A DNA stretch of 63,819 nucleotides, the filler included, from Octopus bimaculoides (Eukaryota): NCBI RefSeq assembly GCF_001194135.2. It is 6 parts of 6 records of this genome, joined end to end, with 100 filler letters (N's around TTAATTAATTAA, not from the genome) between each part and the next. Parts side by side here need not be neighbours in the genome. Positions count along the whole stretch, not along the records: positions 49,933 to 55,556 come from NC_068990.1; positions 55,657 to 58,066 come from NC_068982.1; positions 58,167 to 61,755 come from NW_026304104.1; positions 61,856 to 63,819 come from NW_026314482.1; 2 more parts are not named here. One strand, 5' to 3'. The position numbers and the translations under genes were made by a program. Each line of letters starts with the position of its first letter. The stretch's first letter is position 1. Below, one piece after another: positions 51,913 through 63,819 of the stretch. Below the pieces are notes generated by a model, which saw only the letters and a list, made by a program, of their open reading frames with translations, was not told where the DNA came from and ran no database searches.

Positions 51913-52616
51913 CTGAAATTAACAAAAGACAGCATAGTGAAATAAATGCCAAGAATAAACATCATGTTTCACGCAAATATAACCAAGATAAAAATGAAAT
52001 AGTTACAATGAAGACTGGTTAGAGCGTCAGATTAAAATATTTTCTAGTTTTCAGTTACGTATTTTTTACCGACTGTGTTTTATTTTCATTTTATCCATTT
52101 TTGTCCCTTTCATCTGCCTGAGACGGATAACATGAAGTACCAATCCTGAACTTTATTTTATCAACGTGATGGTGACTGTTGTATCATCCAAATGTATGAT
52201 TCTGTGATGGGATGAGAAATCAGATGAAAAAAAACACATATCTGAAATAACAATTACAACTTTGTTATTCATCACATGATATGGTCAATATGTCGTATTA
52301 AGAGCTTCAATATACTTAAAAAAATTAGCAACAACGATTGTAAAAAATCTTCTGTTGTAGAATTATTACACAAGAACATTTAGCAACAGCAGATGGGAAA
52401 ATCTTCTGTAGTAAAGTTATTATTCAAGAAGGTAAACCACAGCGGCCAGATTATAAAAAACATTACATTTTTGTAAAGTTTTGCTTTTTTGGAAGAGAAA
52501 ATATAAACCTTCAGCATTCAAGTATTCCCCGAAACAAGATCACATTTTTAAGAATTCCCCACTTATATATGTGCGTGCATATATCTTTTACCTTTTACTT
52601 GTTTCAGTCATTAGAC

Positions 52617-53849
52617 CAGCGTTTCTCAACCGGAGTTCTCCAGAACCCTAGGTTTCCGCAAAAGGTTCTTAGGGTTCCAAGTGAAAGAGTGTGATAGGCT
52701 AATGCTAATTTCATGATCGTAATATTACTATACATGCACATTATATGCGCATATACATACATTATATNNNNNNNNNNNNNNNNNNNNNNNNNNNNNNNNN
52801 NNNNNNNNNNNNNNNNNNNNNNNNNNNNNNNNNNNNNNNNNNNNNNNNNNNNNNNNNNNNNNNNNNNNNNNNNNNNNNNNNNNNNNNNNNNNNNNNNNNN
52901 NNNNNNNNNNNNNNNNNNNNNNNNNNNNNNNNNNNNNNNNNNNNNNNNNNNNNNNNNNNNNNNNNNNNNNNNNNNNNNNNNNNNNNNNNNNNNNNNNNNN
53001 NNNNNNNNNNNNNNNNNNNNNNNNNNNNNNNNNNNNNNNNNNNNNNNNNNNNNNNNNNNNNNNNNNNNNNNNNNNNNNNNNNNNNNNNNNNNNNNNNNNN
53101 NNNNNNNNNNNNNNNNNNNNNNNNNNNNNNNNNNNNNNNNNNNNNNNNNNNNNNNNNNNNNNNNNNNNNNNNNNNNNNNNNNNNNNNNNNNNNNNNNNNN
53201 NNNNNNNNNNNNNNNNNNNNNNNNNNNNNNNNNNNNNNNNNNNNNNNNNNNNNNNNNNNNNNNNNNNNNNNNNNNNNNNNNNNNNNNNNNNNNNNNNNNN
53301 NNNNNNNNNNNNNNNNNNNNNNNNNNNNNNNNNNNNNNNNNNNNNNNNNNNNNNNNNNNNNNNNNNNNNNNNNNNAATGTCTGCTCCTGATGGAGTAAGA
53401 GGAATTCTTGGAATAAAGACGTCATCCCCTTTTGCACATCCAAAAAGAATGGTAGCCTCGATAACGTGTGACATCATTTTCTAAATAATGCTCATCTGTT
53501 ATGTTCGGGTTAAAATTTCATCAACATCAAAAATATATGAATTTTCATGGGAGTTATGGCCGTTATGCAAAGAATATAATTTCCAAATTTCATAAAGATC
53601 CTTTCAGTACTTTTGACGTAGTTTTGGATAAGAAAGCAAATGACTAATGTGTGTGTTTGTGTGCATGTGTATGTGTGTGTGATGGGTGTATATATGTATA
53701 GATATCTGTATGCACGTATATATATGTAAACTACGATGAAAAAATTATGATAAAGATAAGATATACAATCTTTTATGTGTGCAGGGGTCCTTTGAGACGT
53801 AATTTATTTTAAAGGTTACGCAAGGGAAAAAAAAGGTTGAGAAGCACTG
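52617..53849. mobile_element. Non-autonomous hAT (Charlie-like) element inserted in an S2 SINE
   Basis: 15-bp TIRs cagcgtttctcaacc / ggttgagaagcactg; 8-bp TSD cattagac (52609-52616) / tattagac (53850-53857); the flanks rejoin into the S2 sequence gtttcagtcattagac|tgtggccgtgttggag. Confidence 0.88.
53377..53480 (-). pseudogene. Helitron PIF1-like helicase fragment inside the hAT element
   Basis: MMSHVIEATILFGCAKGDDVFIPRIPLTPSGADI matches IEATILTG..KG+.VFIPRIP+.PS. Confidence 0.8.
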
Positions 53850-54026
53850 TATTAGACTGTGGCCGTGTTGGAGTGCCGCCTTGAAAAATTCTTAGCCGAA
53901 TGAATAGACACCAGTAGTTTTTAAAGCCTGGTACTTATTCTATCGGTCTCTTTGCCGAACCGCTAAGTTCCGGTAACATAAACACGCTAACACTGGTTGT
54001 CAAGGAGGGGGGTATTAACACACACA

Positions 54027-54057
<31 letters not shown>

Positions 54058-54268
54058 GCACACACATACACACACATACGCACACATACATACTATGTGT
54101 GTGTATATATATATGACTGGCTTCTTTCAGTTTCCGTCTATAAAATCCACTCACAAGGCTTTGGTTGGCCCGCGGCTGTAGCAGAAGATACTTACCCAAG
54201 GTATCATGCAGTGGGACTGAACATGAAGGCATGTGGTAGGGAAGCAAGCTTCTTACTACTCAGACACG
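53850..54268 (-). mobile_element. Remainder of the S2 SINE disrupted by the hAT element (other part at about 52585-52616)
   Basis: S2 consensus blocks through actcagacacgcctgcgc. Confidence 0.85.
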
Positions 54269-54276
54269 CCTGCGCT

Positions 54277-54319
<43 letters not shown>

Positions 54320-54792
54320 NNNNNNNNNNNNNNNNNNNNNNNNNNNNNNNNNNNNNNNNNNNNNNNNNNNNNNNNNNNNNNNNNNNNNNNNNNNNNNNNN
54401 NNNNNNNNNNNNNNNNNNNNNNNNNNNNNNNNNNNNNNNNNNNNNNNNNNNNNNNNNNNNNNNNNNNNNNNNNNNNNNNNNNNNNNNNNNNNNNNNNNNN
54501 NNNNNNNNNNNNNNNNNNNNNNNNNNNNNNNNNNNNNNNNNNNNNNNNNNNNNNNNNNNNNNNNNNNNNNNNNNNNNNNNNNNNNNNNNNNNNNNNNNNN
54601 NNNNNNNNNNNNNNNNNNNNNNNNNNNNNNNNNNNNNNNNNNNNNNNNNNNNNNNNNNNNNNNNNNNNNNNNNNNNNNNNNNNNNNNNNNNNNNNNNNNN
54701 NNNNNNNNNNNNNNNNNNNNNNNNNNNNNNNNNNNNNNNNNNNNNNNNNNNNNNNNNNNNNNNNNNNNNNNNNNNNNNNNNNNNNNNNNNNN

Positions 54793-54831
<39 letters not shown>

Positions 54832-55299
54832 TTCTCCCTCTTTCACTCTTTCATTATGAGTGTGTCTTTTCATGTTTGCGTGTGTGTGTGTGTGTGTGTG
54901 TGTGTGAGTCTAATGTTTTTACCATTCCCCTCGGGGGGGCCACAAACCTTCAATCACTCACATGACATTATACACTGACTGACTAACCCGGAAGAGTACC
55001 GCTAGACCGGAAATGACAATATTAAAGACGGCTTGGTTGCATGGCCTTTCTGTGAGAAAACTGTTTTGGCATTGTTACATCACTGGCTCCTTATGTCAGT
55101 CACACGTAAAATGGTAAGAATAGTGCGCACGCGTGTGTGGGGGTGGGGTGTGTGTGCGCGCGCGTTAACGTGTATGTGAGTGCATATGTACGTGAGTGTG
55201 CAAGCGTGTGTGTGTGTGGGGGGGAGGTACTGGTGATGATATCCAGTGTTGTCGTTAGTGGGATTGTTGGTGCTGGGAGTAGTAGCAGTAACATGGTCG

Positions 55300-55556
55300 T
55301 GTTGACGTTGATGGTGGTGTTAATGGTATTGATGATGATTGTAATGGTGATGGTAGTAATGGTTGTAGTTATTGTTATGATGATAGTGGTGATAGTGGTG
55401 GTTGTGGTTATAGTGGTGGTTGTGGTGGTGGTTGTGATGATAGTGGTGGTTGTGATGATAGTGGTGGTTGTGGTGATAGTGGTGGTTGTGGTGATAGTGG
55501 TGGTTGTGGTGATAGTGGTGGTTGTGGTGATAGTGGTGGTTGTGGTGATAGTGGTG
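55300..55556. repeat. GT-rich minisatellite, unit about gtggttgtggtgata (15 bp)
   Basis: Direct reading. Confidence 0.9.
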
Positions 55557-55656
55557 NNNNNNNNNNNNNNNNNNNNNNNNNNNNNNNNNNNNNNNNNNNN
55601 TTAATTAATTAANNNNNNNNNNNNNNNNNNNNNNNNNNNNNNNNNNNNNNNNNNNN

Positions 55657-55691
<35 letters not shown>

Positions 55692-56127
55692 CCTGGTCGA
55701 TCTAGCTAGGCATTCTGACTTGTTGTTTTTGAAACTTCGCGCGCGCGCGCGTATATAATGCGTAGACTAGTTGTTTAGATGCTGCACTAACGATCGCTAA
55801 TTTCGATTCTGTCACCGGGCTGTGCGTTGTGTTCTTGAGCAAAACACTTCAGTTCACGTGGCTCTGCGATCACTTCGATATATACCATGTGACACATTGT
55901 GCACCTGTTCAGGAATTGTCGATTCGAAGGAGGGAGTGAGCTAATGTACATTCCAGCATTTGATCGCTATAAACAAATCATCTGTACAGATTGTTCAACA
56001 AGAAGTTGCTGAAGCTTTACCTATCGTTTACGACAGGACAGTCTACATATACTCACGCATATACATACATATATGTGTGTCTATATATGTATGTATTATG
56101 TATGTATGTATGTATGTATGTATGTAT

Positions 56128-56524
56128 GGAGGCGCATTGGCCCAGTGGTTAGGGCAGCGGACTCGCAGTCATAGGATCGCGGTCATAGGATCGCGGTTTC
56201 GATTCCCAGACCGGGCGTTGTGGGTGTTTATTGAGCGAAAACACCTAAAGCTCCACAAGGCTCCGGCAGGGCATGGTGGCGAACCCTGCTGTACTCTTTC
56301 ACCACAACTTTCTCTCACTCTTACTTCCTGTTTCTATTGTGCCTGTAATTCAAAGGGCTAGCCTTGTCACACTGTGTCACGCTGAATATCCCCGAGAACT
56401 ACGTTAAGGGTACACGTGTCTGTGGAGTGCTCAGCCACTTGCACATTAATTTCACAAGCAGGCTGTTCCGTTGATCGGATCAACTGGAACCCTCGACGTC
56501 GTAAGCAGCGGAGTGCCAACAACA
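56128..56524 (+). mobile_element. Full-length SINE S1 inserted in (TATG)n, with a short internal duplication of gtcataggatcgcg in the tRNA-like head
   Basis: actcgcagtcataggatcgcggtcataggatcgcggtttcgattccc; (TATG)n on both sides. Confidence 0.9.
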
Positions 56525-56819
56525 TGTATGTATGTATGTATGTATGTATGTATGTATACGATGATCCTCCACAATTTCCGTTTACCAAATTCACTGACAA
56601 AGCATTGGTTGACCCGGTGTTATAGTAGAAGACATTTGCCGAATGTTTAATTCAGTGGGGATGCGAAGCGTGCTTCTTAACCATACTGCACGCCAGCAAA
56701 TTTCTTTGATTATTGGAACGTGGTCATGAAAAAAACATGATGAAATACAATTGAAACATTCAGAACATACGTATTTACAATATCAACACAATTTCTTTCA
56801 AATATTAATATCTTTGTCA

Positions 56820-57310
56820 TGCCGTCATATTGCTGACCGCCTTCCACGCCAAGCTGCCCTGAACAAAATCATAAAGCACGACCTAGTTGCCGCAGGCTTC
56901 TCTTTCCAACCCAAGCCAGCGGGGCTAGACCGAAGGGACGGTAAAAGGCCTGACTGTATGGCAATTTTCTCGTTCCGTGACGGCAGGCCCCTCATCTGGG
57001 ATGCCACATGATATGATACCTTCTCCAGCGGCAACATGGTGTGGTCAGCTACCAGTCCACACCCTGCTGCTCGTCAGGCTGAGAAAAGCAAACTATCGAA
57101 GTATCCATTGCTCTCAGACAGGCTTGTAGCCGAGCCTGTGGCAATGGAGACCTCCAGCGTTCTTGGTCCCTGGACCACAACCCTGCTCAGCGCCATCGTG
57201 GCGGAGATGGCTATCATCATGTGTGAGCCCGTGAATCACAGTGGATGTTCCAGTGCATCTCGCTCACCATCCTCCGGAGCAACGCCTTTTCAATTTTGTC
57301 TGCTGGGACC
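56820..57310 (+). pseudogene. CRE-clade-like non-LTR retrotransposon REL-endonuclease remnant
   Basis: AALNKIIKHDLVAAG...PAGLDRRDGKRPDC...GRPLIWDAT*YDT...AARQAEKSKLSKY...PVAMETSSVLGP matches RH..LN.II+RAL...EP.GL.R.DGKRPDG...L.WDAT..DT...AA..AE..K..KY...P.A.ET.G..GP. Confidence 0.8.
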
Positions 57311-57796
57311 ATGAGGCTATCTGAATTACAGGAAATCGAGAGAATGTAAGAATTTCGTAGCTTACTACGCGAACATTAATAATAATGATAATAATATCAC
57401 CTCCGAAAAATAGTTACTAGAATAAAATACACCGAAATATTAACCATGTAGATAGAGAAAGAAAGTTACCTTTTGCATTTATTCTTCCAATCTTTGGTTT
57501 ATATTTGTTCAAACATTTCTTTCGATTATATAAATGAAATAGGAGCTAGGCGCATATCGACCGTATCATTGCATGTTATTGGATTTGTTTAAAATTACTG
57601 GCTTTTTTTTTTGTATTTATTTATTCCTCTTATTTCTCTTTAAGAAAACTATGCCATGTCTTTTTGATATGTATTTGATTGGTGATTTCATTTAAATCAC
57701 TAGCAAATATACTTAACAATAGAATGTGTGAATTCTTAGATAACTCTTGCTGTGAGCGACATTGTATATCACATATATACACACACATACATATAT

Positions 57797-58010
57797 ATTC
57801 TCTTTTAATCTTTTATTTGTTTCAGTAATTTGACTGCGGCCATGCTGAAGTACCGCCTTTAGTCGAACAATTCGACCCCAGAACTCATTCTTTGTAAGCC
57901 TACTACTTATTCCATTAGTCTTTATTGCCGAACCGCTAAGTTACGGGGACGTAAACTCACCAGCATCGGTTGTCAAGCGATGGTGGGGGGACAAATACAA
58001 ACACACAAAC
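57797..58010 (-). mobile_element. 3' half of an S2 SINE
   Basis: S2 consensus blocks. Confidence 0.85.
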
Positions 58011-58023
58011 ACACACACAAACA

Positions 58024-58066
<43 letters not shown>

Positions 58067-58667
58067 NNNNNNNNNNNNNNNNNNNNNNNNNNNNNNNNNN
58101 NNNNNNNNNNTTAATTAATTAANNNNNNNNNNNNNNNNNNNNNNNNNNNNNNNNNNNNNNNNNNNNTTCAGTCAATAAAATGGAGTCTCACAGAAGCATT
58201 TATGTGGAGTGATTTCAATCCAACACAAAACCAAAACAATTTCTCATACTTGCAGAAAATTATGTACTTAAATGACTAAAATATTTTTATTGAAACTTTC
58301 AGTTTACGGACACACAGAATAAAACACTCATATATATATATTTATATACATAGATATAGATATATGTATGTATGCATGTATACTGATCCACTGGTCTCGA
58401 TGCTAGAAGGTGGTAGGAGCTCGCTCCCATGCTCGCAATTTATCAGATGCAGCTGTGCCTCGTTAACTACCTCAGAGGAGATGTACCTTTGGGTTTAAAA
58501 AATCGCAGTAGAGTCCGCTCAAATGGACAGCCATGTTAAAGTGGCTACGAATATTACTTCTCAGTACAACTACTGTGTTGATTCCTTAAAGAGATTTGAG
58601 AATTAGCATTTTTGTTTATATATTTATATATATCCATATATATATACATATATATACATTTATATAT

Positions 58668-58708
<41 letters not shown>

Positions 58709-59419
58709 NNNNNNNNNNNNNNNNNNNNNNNNNNNNNNNNNNNNNNNNNNNNNNNNNNNNNNNNNNNNNNNNNNNNNNNNNNNNNNNNNNNNNNNNNNNN
58801 NNNNNNNNNNNNNNNNNNNNNNNNNNNNNNNNNNNNNNNNNNNNNNNNNNNNNNNNNNNNNNNNNNNNNNNNNNNNNNNNNNNNNNNNNNNNNNNNNNNN
58901 NNNNNNNNNNNNNNNNNNNNNNNNNNNNNNNNNNNNNNNNNNNNNNNNNNNNNNNNNNNNNNNNNNNNNNNNNNNNNNNNNNNNNNNNNNNNNNNNNNNN
59001 NNNNNNNNNNNNNNNNNNNNNNNNNNNNNNNNNNNNNNNNNNNNNNNNNNNNNNNNNNNNNNNNNNNNNNNNNNNNNNNNNNNNNNNNNNNNNNNNNNNN
59101 NNNNNNNNNNNNNNNNNNNNNNNNNNNNNNNNNNNNNNNNNNNNNNNNNNNNNNNNNNNNNNNNNNNNNNNNNNNNNNNNNNNNNNNNNNNNNNNNNNNN
59201 NNNNNNNNNNNNNNNNNNNNNNNNNNNNNNNNNNNNNNNNNNNNNNNNNNNNNNNNNNNNNNNNNNNNNNNNNNNNNNNNNNNNNNNNNNNNNNNNNNNN
59301 NNNNNNNNNNNNNNNNNNNNNNNNNNNNNNNNNNNNNNNNNNNNNNNNNNNNNNNNNNNNNNNNNNNNNNNNNNNNNNNNNNNNNNNNNNNNNNNNNNNN
59401 AAAAAAAACTGACAATAAA

Positions 59420-59720
59420 TAGTATGAACATGTGCCAAACAAGATACATGACAACGACCAGATCACAATCAACCGGAATAGACCTGTTCAAACTGACAAA
59501 GAAATAAAAGCTAATCGCCCAAATATTATAATCAAGGATTTGGAAAAAATATACTTGCTTACTGATAGACATTGCAATGACCAAAATATTTTCCGCAAAA
59601 GTTATGGAGGTATTGGGAAAGTGCAAAGACCTCGAAATTGAAGTAATAAAGATATGGGGGATGAAGGGGGAAACAGTACCAGTAATATCTGTAGCAGTGG
59701 GCATGATAAAAACATATGAA
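59420..59720 (+). pseudogene. R4/Dong-like LINE REL-endonuclease remnant
   Basis: PVQTDKEIKANRPNIIIKD, KCKDLEIEVIKIWGMKGETVPVI. Confidence 0.85.
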
Positions 59721-59884
59721 CAAAATCGTGAAAGTTATTTTAGGACACTCAACACTATACACTTCCCAAAATATAGTCCTGCTAGGAACAGCTCATATCG
59801 TACGCAAGACATTATCAATTCAATACCACAAACAAAACAATCCACAAAACACTCTCTATATAGCAAATATCCAGGAAAATAAAC

Positions 59885-60245
59885 AACTAGCAACAAGCTG
59901 GTGGATGGGTGCTACACGAGAATGCTGATAATGGCTCTGAATATTAATCAGTATACACTGATGATGAAGTCATAGCTGTACGAGCGCCTCCCTAAATTTA
60001 GCTCAAAAATAATACAGAGGAGACTGGGGTTAGCTAGAGATGCTCACTGTCATTCATAGTTGATACGATAATCAGTGCTCCGTACATATACACACTAGAG
60101 GAGGGAAACCGAGAATGACATATGCTGATATCCTAAAGACAGACACTGGTCTCTGGGAGACGCAATAACATAGCAGCAATGATGAGGGACAAGAACTGCT
60201 TGAGAGAACTCGTCCATGGATCTCGGGAATTTTATCCACACTAGA
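59885..60245 (+). pseudogene. RTE-group LINE C-terminal remnant
   Basis: VDGCYTRMLIMALNI, LYERLPKFSSKIIQRRL, TYADILKTDTGL match DGCYTRMLR.ALN / LYG.LP..S.KI..RRLRLAGHC / TY.D.L..DTGL. Confidence 0.75.
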
Positions 60246-61854
60246 TAGATGATAGTGAAGTAGGTTTACCACCAGCAATCAAAGTCGTGGCTTTAACTTG
60301 GTGCTAGCTGACCTACTATTCTACAATATTAAAAGTATAAATAATTTAGTAATAATTTTAGTTGAGCAGAGAAAATAAGGTGAATGGAAAAGAGAAATAC
60401 TTACACCTCTGCGATTTTGGTGTAATTGTCTGTGTTGTTAACTGCCAGGGTAATTATAACGATGACTGCTGGAAGACCTGACAACGACATTTACAGAAAT
60501 GAATATAAATCTCTAGATATTAATCAATATTTAAAATCATTATTATGTGACATTTGAATGGATTTTGTTGACTACGTTTTTGTTCAGAAAAATTGTCTCT
60601 TTNNNNNNNNNNNNNNNNNNNNNNNNNNNNNNNNNNNNNNNNNNNNNNNNNNNNNNNNNNNNNNNNNNNNNNNNNNNNNNNNNNNNNNNNNNNNNNNNNN
60701 NNNNNNNNNNNNNNNNNNNNNNNNNNNNNNNNNNNNNNNNNNNNNNNNNNNNNNNNNNNNNNNNNNNNNNNNNNNNNNNNNNNNNNNNNNNNNNNNNNNN
60801 NNNNNNNNNNNNNNNNNNNNNNNNNNNNNNNNNNNNNNNNNNNNNNNNNNNNNNNNNNNNNNNNNNNNNNNNNNNNNNNNNNNNNNNNNNNNNNNNNNNN
60901 NNNNNNNNNNNNNNNNNNNNNNNNNNNNNNNNNNNNNNNNNNNNNNNNNNNNNNNNNNNNNNNNNNNNNNNNNNNNNNNNNNNNNNNNNNNNNNNNNNNN
61001 NNNNNNNNNNNNNNNNNNNNNNNNNNNNNNNNNNNNNNNNNNNNNNNNNNNNNNNNNNNNNNNNNNNNNNNNNNNNNNNNNNNNNNNCTGGAGAACGTTT
61101 GAAGATTAAATGGCATGAGGGACAACAAAAATTCACTCAACAACTTCACATATTACCTTCGTATATCAGGTAAAAGTGAAAAACTTACTACCCTTAGGTT
61201 TCATCGAGAGACGAGATCAGACTGTAACCATTTGCATGAACATTCAGATATCTTTAGACTACCTAACAGGCTAGAACAAGGAGTGAGTGCTTTATTCCTC
61301 TATAGTTTACATCTTATCACGGATGTATAAATATTGTATTTCATTTATCTTTGTATCTATGCGTTTATATCTCTTTTCAACTACTTCCAACACCTCAATA
61401 GTTTACCAATCTATTAAATCCCAAATGATGAATATCTAACCCATTACCTTTCTAATAAAAATCAAATTATTCATTTGTCTTTATTCTTCACTGAACTACC
61501 ACGTTGATTGTTCATTGAATTATTTAGTTAATTGACATTTTCCTTGTTCCAAGTTGTTAAAACAATTATTCTTTTTGTGTCACTCTTTAAAACATGATAT
61601 ATTTTGAATTTCCTTTGTTCATGACCAAGTTGCAAATATTGTTGTTAAGAGGGGACATCTACAGGGTCAACTGAGCTACAAGAAATAAAAGCCTAATATC
61701 TCAGAAACAATAATTTACAGCATTTTAGGAAATTAATGACATATTGGATTATGCTNNNNNNNNNNNNNNNNNNNNNNNNNNNNNNNNNNNNNNNNNNNNT
61801 TAATTAATTAANNNNNNNNNNNNNNNNNNNNNNNNNNNNNNNNNNNNNNNNNNN

Positions 61855-62345
61855 NGTAAACACACCACAATCGGTTGTCAAGCGATGTTGGGTGGACAAA
61901 CACAGCCACACAAACATATACACACACACATGCATATTTATATATATATACATATATACAACGAGCTTCTTTCAGTTTCCGTCTACCAAATCCACTCACA
62001 AGGCTTTGGTCGGCCCGAGGCTATAGTAGAAGACACTTGCCCAAGGTACCACACAGTGGGACTGAACCCGGAGCGATGTGGTTGGTAAGCAAGCTAATTA
62101 CCACACAGCCACTCCTACGCAAATAATACTTGTTAATATTTGGCTAAATGTCTGCAGCATGGCGGCAGAATGGTTAGCACGATGGGCAAAATGTGTCCAT
62201 CTTTGCATTCTGAGCTCAAATTCCGTCGAGTTTGTCTTTCATCCTTTCGACGTCAATATAAGTACCGGTTGATCACTGGAGGTCGATGTAATCGACTTAC
62301 CCGCTTCTCCAAAATTATTGGCCTTATGCAAACATTTGAAACCAG
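61855..62345. mobile_element. S2 SINE (minus, 61855-62118) followed by an S3 SINE (plus, about 62160-62345)
   Basis: Consensus blocks of both families. Confidence 0.85.
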
Positions 62346-63421
62346 TATTTGCGTAAATTTTATCACTACTCCTTTGAAAAACGTATCCCCACCAATTTAA
62401 AAAAGGTGTATTTTTGTCTGAAGGTTATACCACTCTTCCTGCACCACTTATGTTGACTTTCTCTCTATATCTCCTTTTAACCTTCTGTAGCCTTCTCTCT
62501 ATACGGAAAACGTGATTGAAAGTATTAACCAACTAACTNNNNNNNNNNNNNNNNNNNNNNNNNNNNNNNNNNNNNNNNNNNNNNNNNNNNNNNNNNNNNN
62601 NNNNNNNNNNNNNNNNNNNNNNNNNNNNNNNNNNNNNNNNNNNNNNNNNNNNNNNNNNNNNNNNNNNNNNNNNNNNNNNNNNNNNNNNNNNNNNNNNNNN
62701 NNNNNNNNNNNNNNNNNNNNNNNNNNNNNNNNNNNNNNNNNNNNNNNNNNNNNNNNNNNNNNNNNNNNNNNNNNNNNNNNNNNNNNNNNNNNNNNNNNNN
62801 NNNNNNNNNNNNNNNNNNNNNNNNNNNNNNNNNNNNNNNNNNNNNNNNNNNNNNNNNNNNNNNNNNNNNNNNNNNNNNNNNNNNNNNNNNNNNNNNNNNN
62901 NNNNNNNNNNNNNNNNNNNNNNNNNNNNNNNNNNNNNNNNNNNNNNNNNNNNNNNNNNNNNNNNNNNNNNNNNNNNNNNNNNNNNNNNNNNNNNNNNNNN
63001 NNNNNNNNNNNNNNNNNNNNNNNNNNNNNNNNNNNNNNNNNNNNNNNNNNNNNNNNNNNNNNNNNNNNNNNNNNNNNNNNNNNNNNNNNNNNNNNNNNNN
63101 NNNNNNNNNNNNNNNNNNNNNNNNNNNNNNNNNNNNNNNNNNNNNNNNNNNNNNNNNNNNNNNNNNNNNNNNNNNNNNNNNNNNNNNNNNNNNNNNNNNN
63201 NNNNNNNNNNNNNNNNNNNNNNNNNNNNNNNNNNNNNNNNNNNNNNNNNNNNNNNNNNNNNNNNNNNNNNNNNNNNNNNNNNNNNNNNNNNNNNNNNNNN
63301 NNNNNNNNNNNNNNNNNNNNNNNNNNNNNNNNNNNNNNNNNNNNNNNNNNNNNNNNNNNNNNNNNNNNNNNNNNNNNNNNNNNNNNNNNNNNNNNNNNNN
63401 NNNNNNNNNNNNNNNNNNNNN

Positions 63422-63712
63422 TCTTTTGCCGAACCACTAAGTTACGGGGACGTAAACGCACCAACATCAGTTGTCAAGCGATGATGGGGGGACAAACAGA
63501 GACACACAAACATATGCATATATATATATATACATATGTGTGTGTATGTGTGTGTGTGTGTGTGTGTGCATGTATGTATATATATATATATATATACATA
63601 TACAACTTCCGTCTACCGAAGCCACTCACAATCATTTGGTTGGCCCGAGGCTATAGCAGAAGACACTTGCCTAAGGTGCAACGCATTGGGACTGAACTTG
63701 GAACGATATATA
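63422..63712 (-). mobile_element. Decayed S2 SINE
   Basis: gccgaaccactaagttacggggacgtaaac...gaggctatagcagaagacacttgcctaagg. Confidence 0.8.
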
Positions 63713-63819
63713 TATACGACGGGTTTCTTTCAGTTTCTTTTTGCCTGTTGTAGAAAGACTTATTTGATGCATTCTTATATATAGGCGCAGGAGTTGCTCT
63801 GTTGGAAGAATTTTACTTC

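Noticed and set aside
55137-55604. Val-rich ORF resembling a membrane protein
   Set aside because: Translation of a GTG-rich minisatellite running into a gap.
60404-60490. Candidate first exon MSLSGLPAVIVIITLAVNNTDNYTKIAE|gtaagt for the GM2-activator-like gene
   Set aside because: Ends in phase 2 whereas the ML exon starts in phase 1, lacks the expected Cys, and lies on a different joined scaffold.

Overview
AT-rich, microsatellite-dense animal genomic DNA from a gapped draft assembly. The SINE families and repeat landscape look like octopus or another coleoid cephalopod (inference, no search run). Five TTAATTAATTAA-in-N linkers split the window into six joined pieces, so continuity between pieces is not guaranteed. 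Almost all ORFs in the supplied track are microsatellite, gap or SINE artefacts. Real coding signal: (1) a minus-strand spliced gene fragment rebuilt by hand from five exons (26823-26710, 26608-26538, 14010-13974, a 10-nt microexon 12445-12436, terminal exon 3122-2792) whose splice phases chain without a stop. It encodes the C-terminal half of a PTB/PID domain resembling PID1/Numb-type PTBs, followed by a tail with YENN, a poly-proline run, LHYAEL and TPYAEV, i.e. a candidate Grb2/SHP2-type docking adaptor. (2) One internal exon (51912-51723) of a GM2-activator-like ML-domain lipid-binding protein. The rest is transposable-element debris: several tRNA-derived SINE families (some with clear TSDs, one forming head-to-tail arrays), LINE remnants (RTE, R4/Dong-like, CRE-like, CR1-like, and an L1/Tx1-type copy inserted in an (ATCT)n microsatellite), Helitron, mariner/Tc1 and hAT remnants, MITEs, and a degenerate Penelope-type hammerhead motif. 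TE boundaries are approximate unless a TSD or TIR is quoted. Family assignments are from remembered motifs, not database hits.
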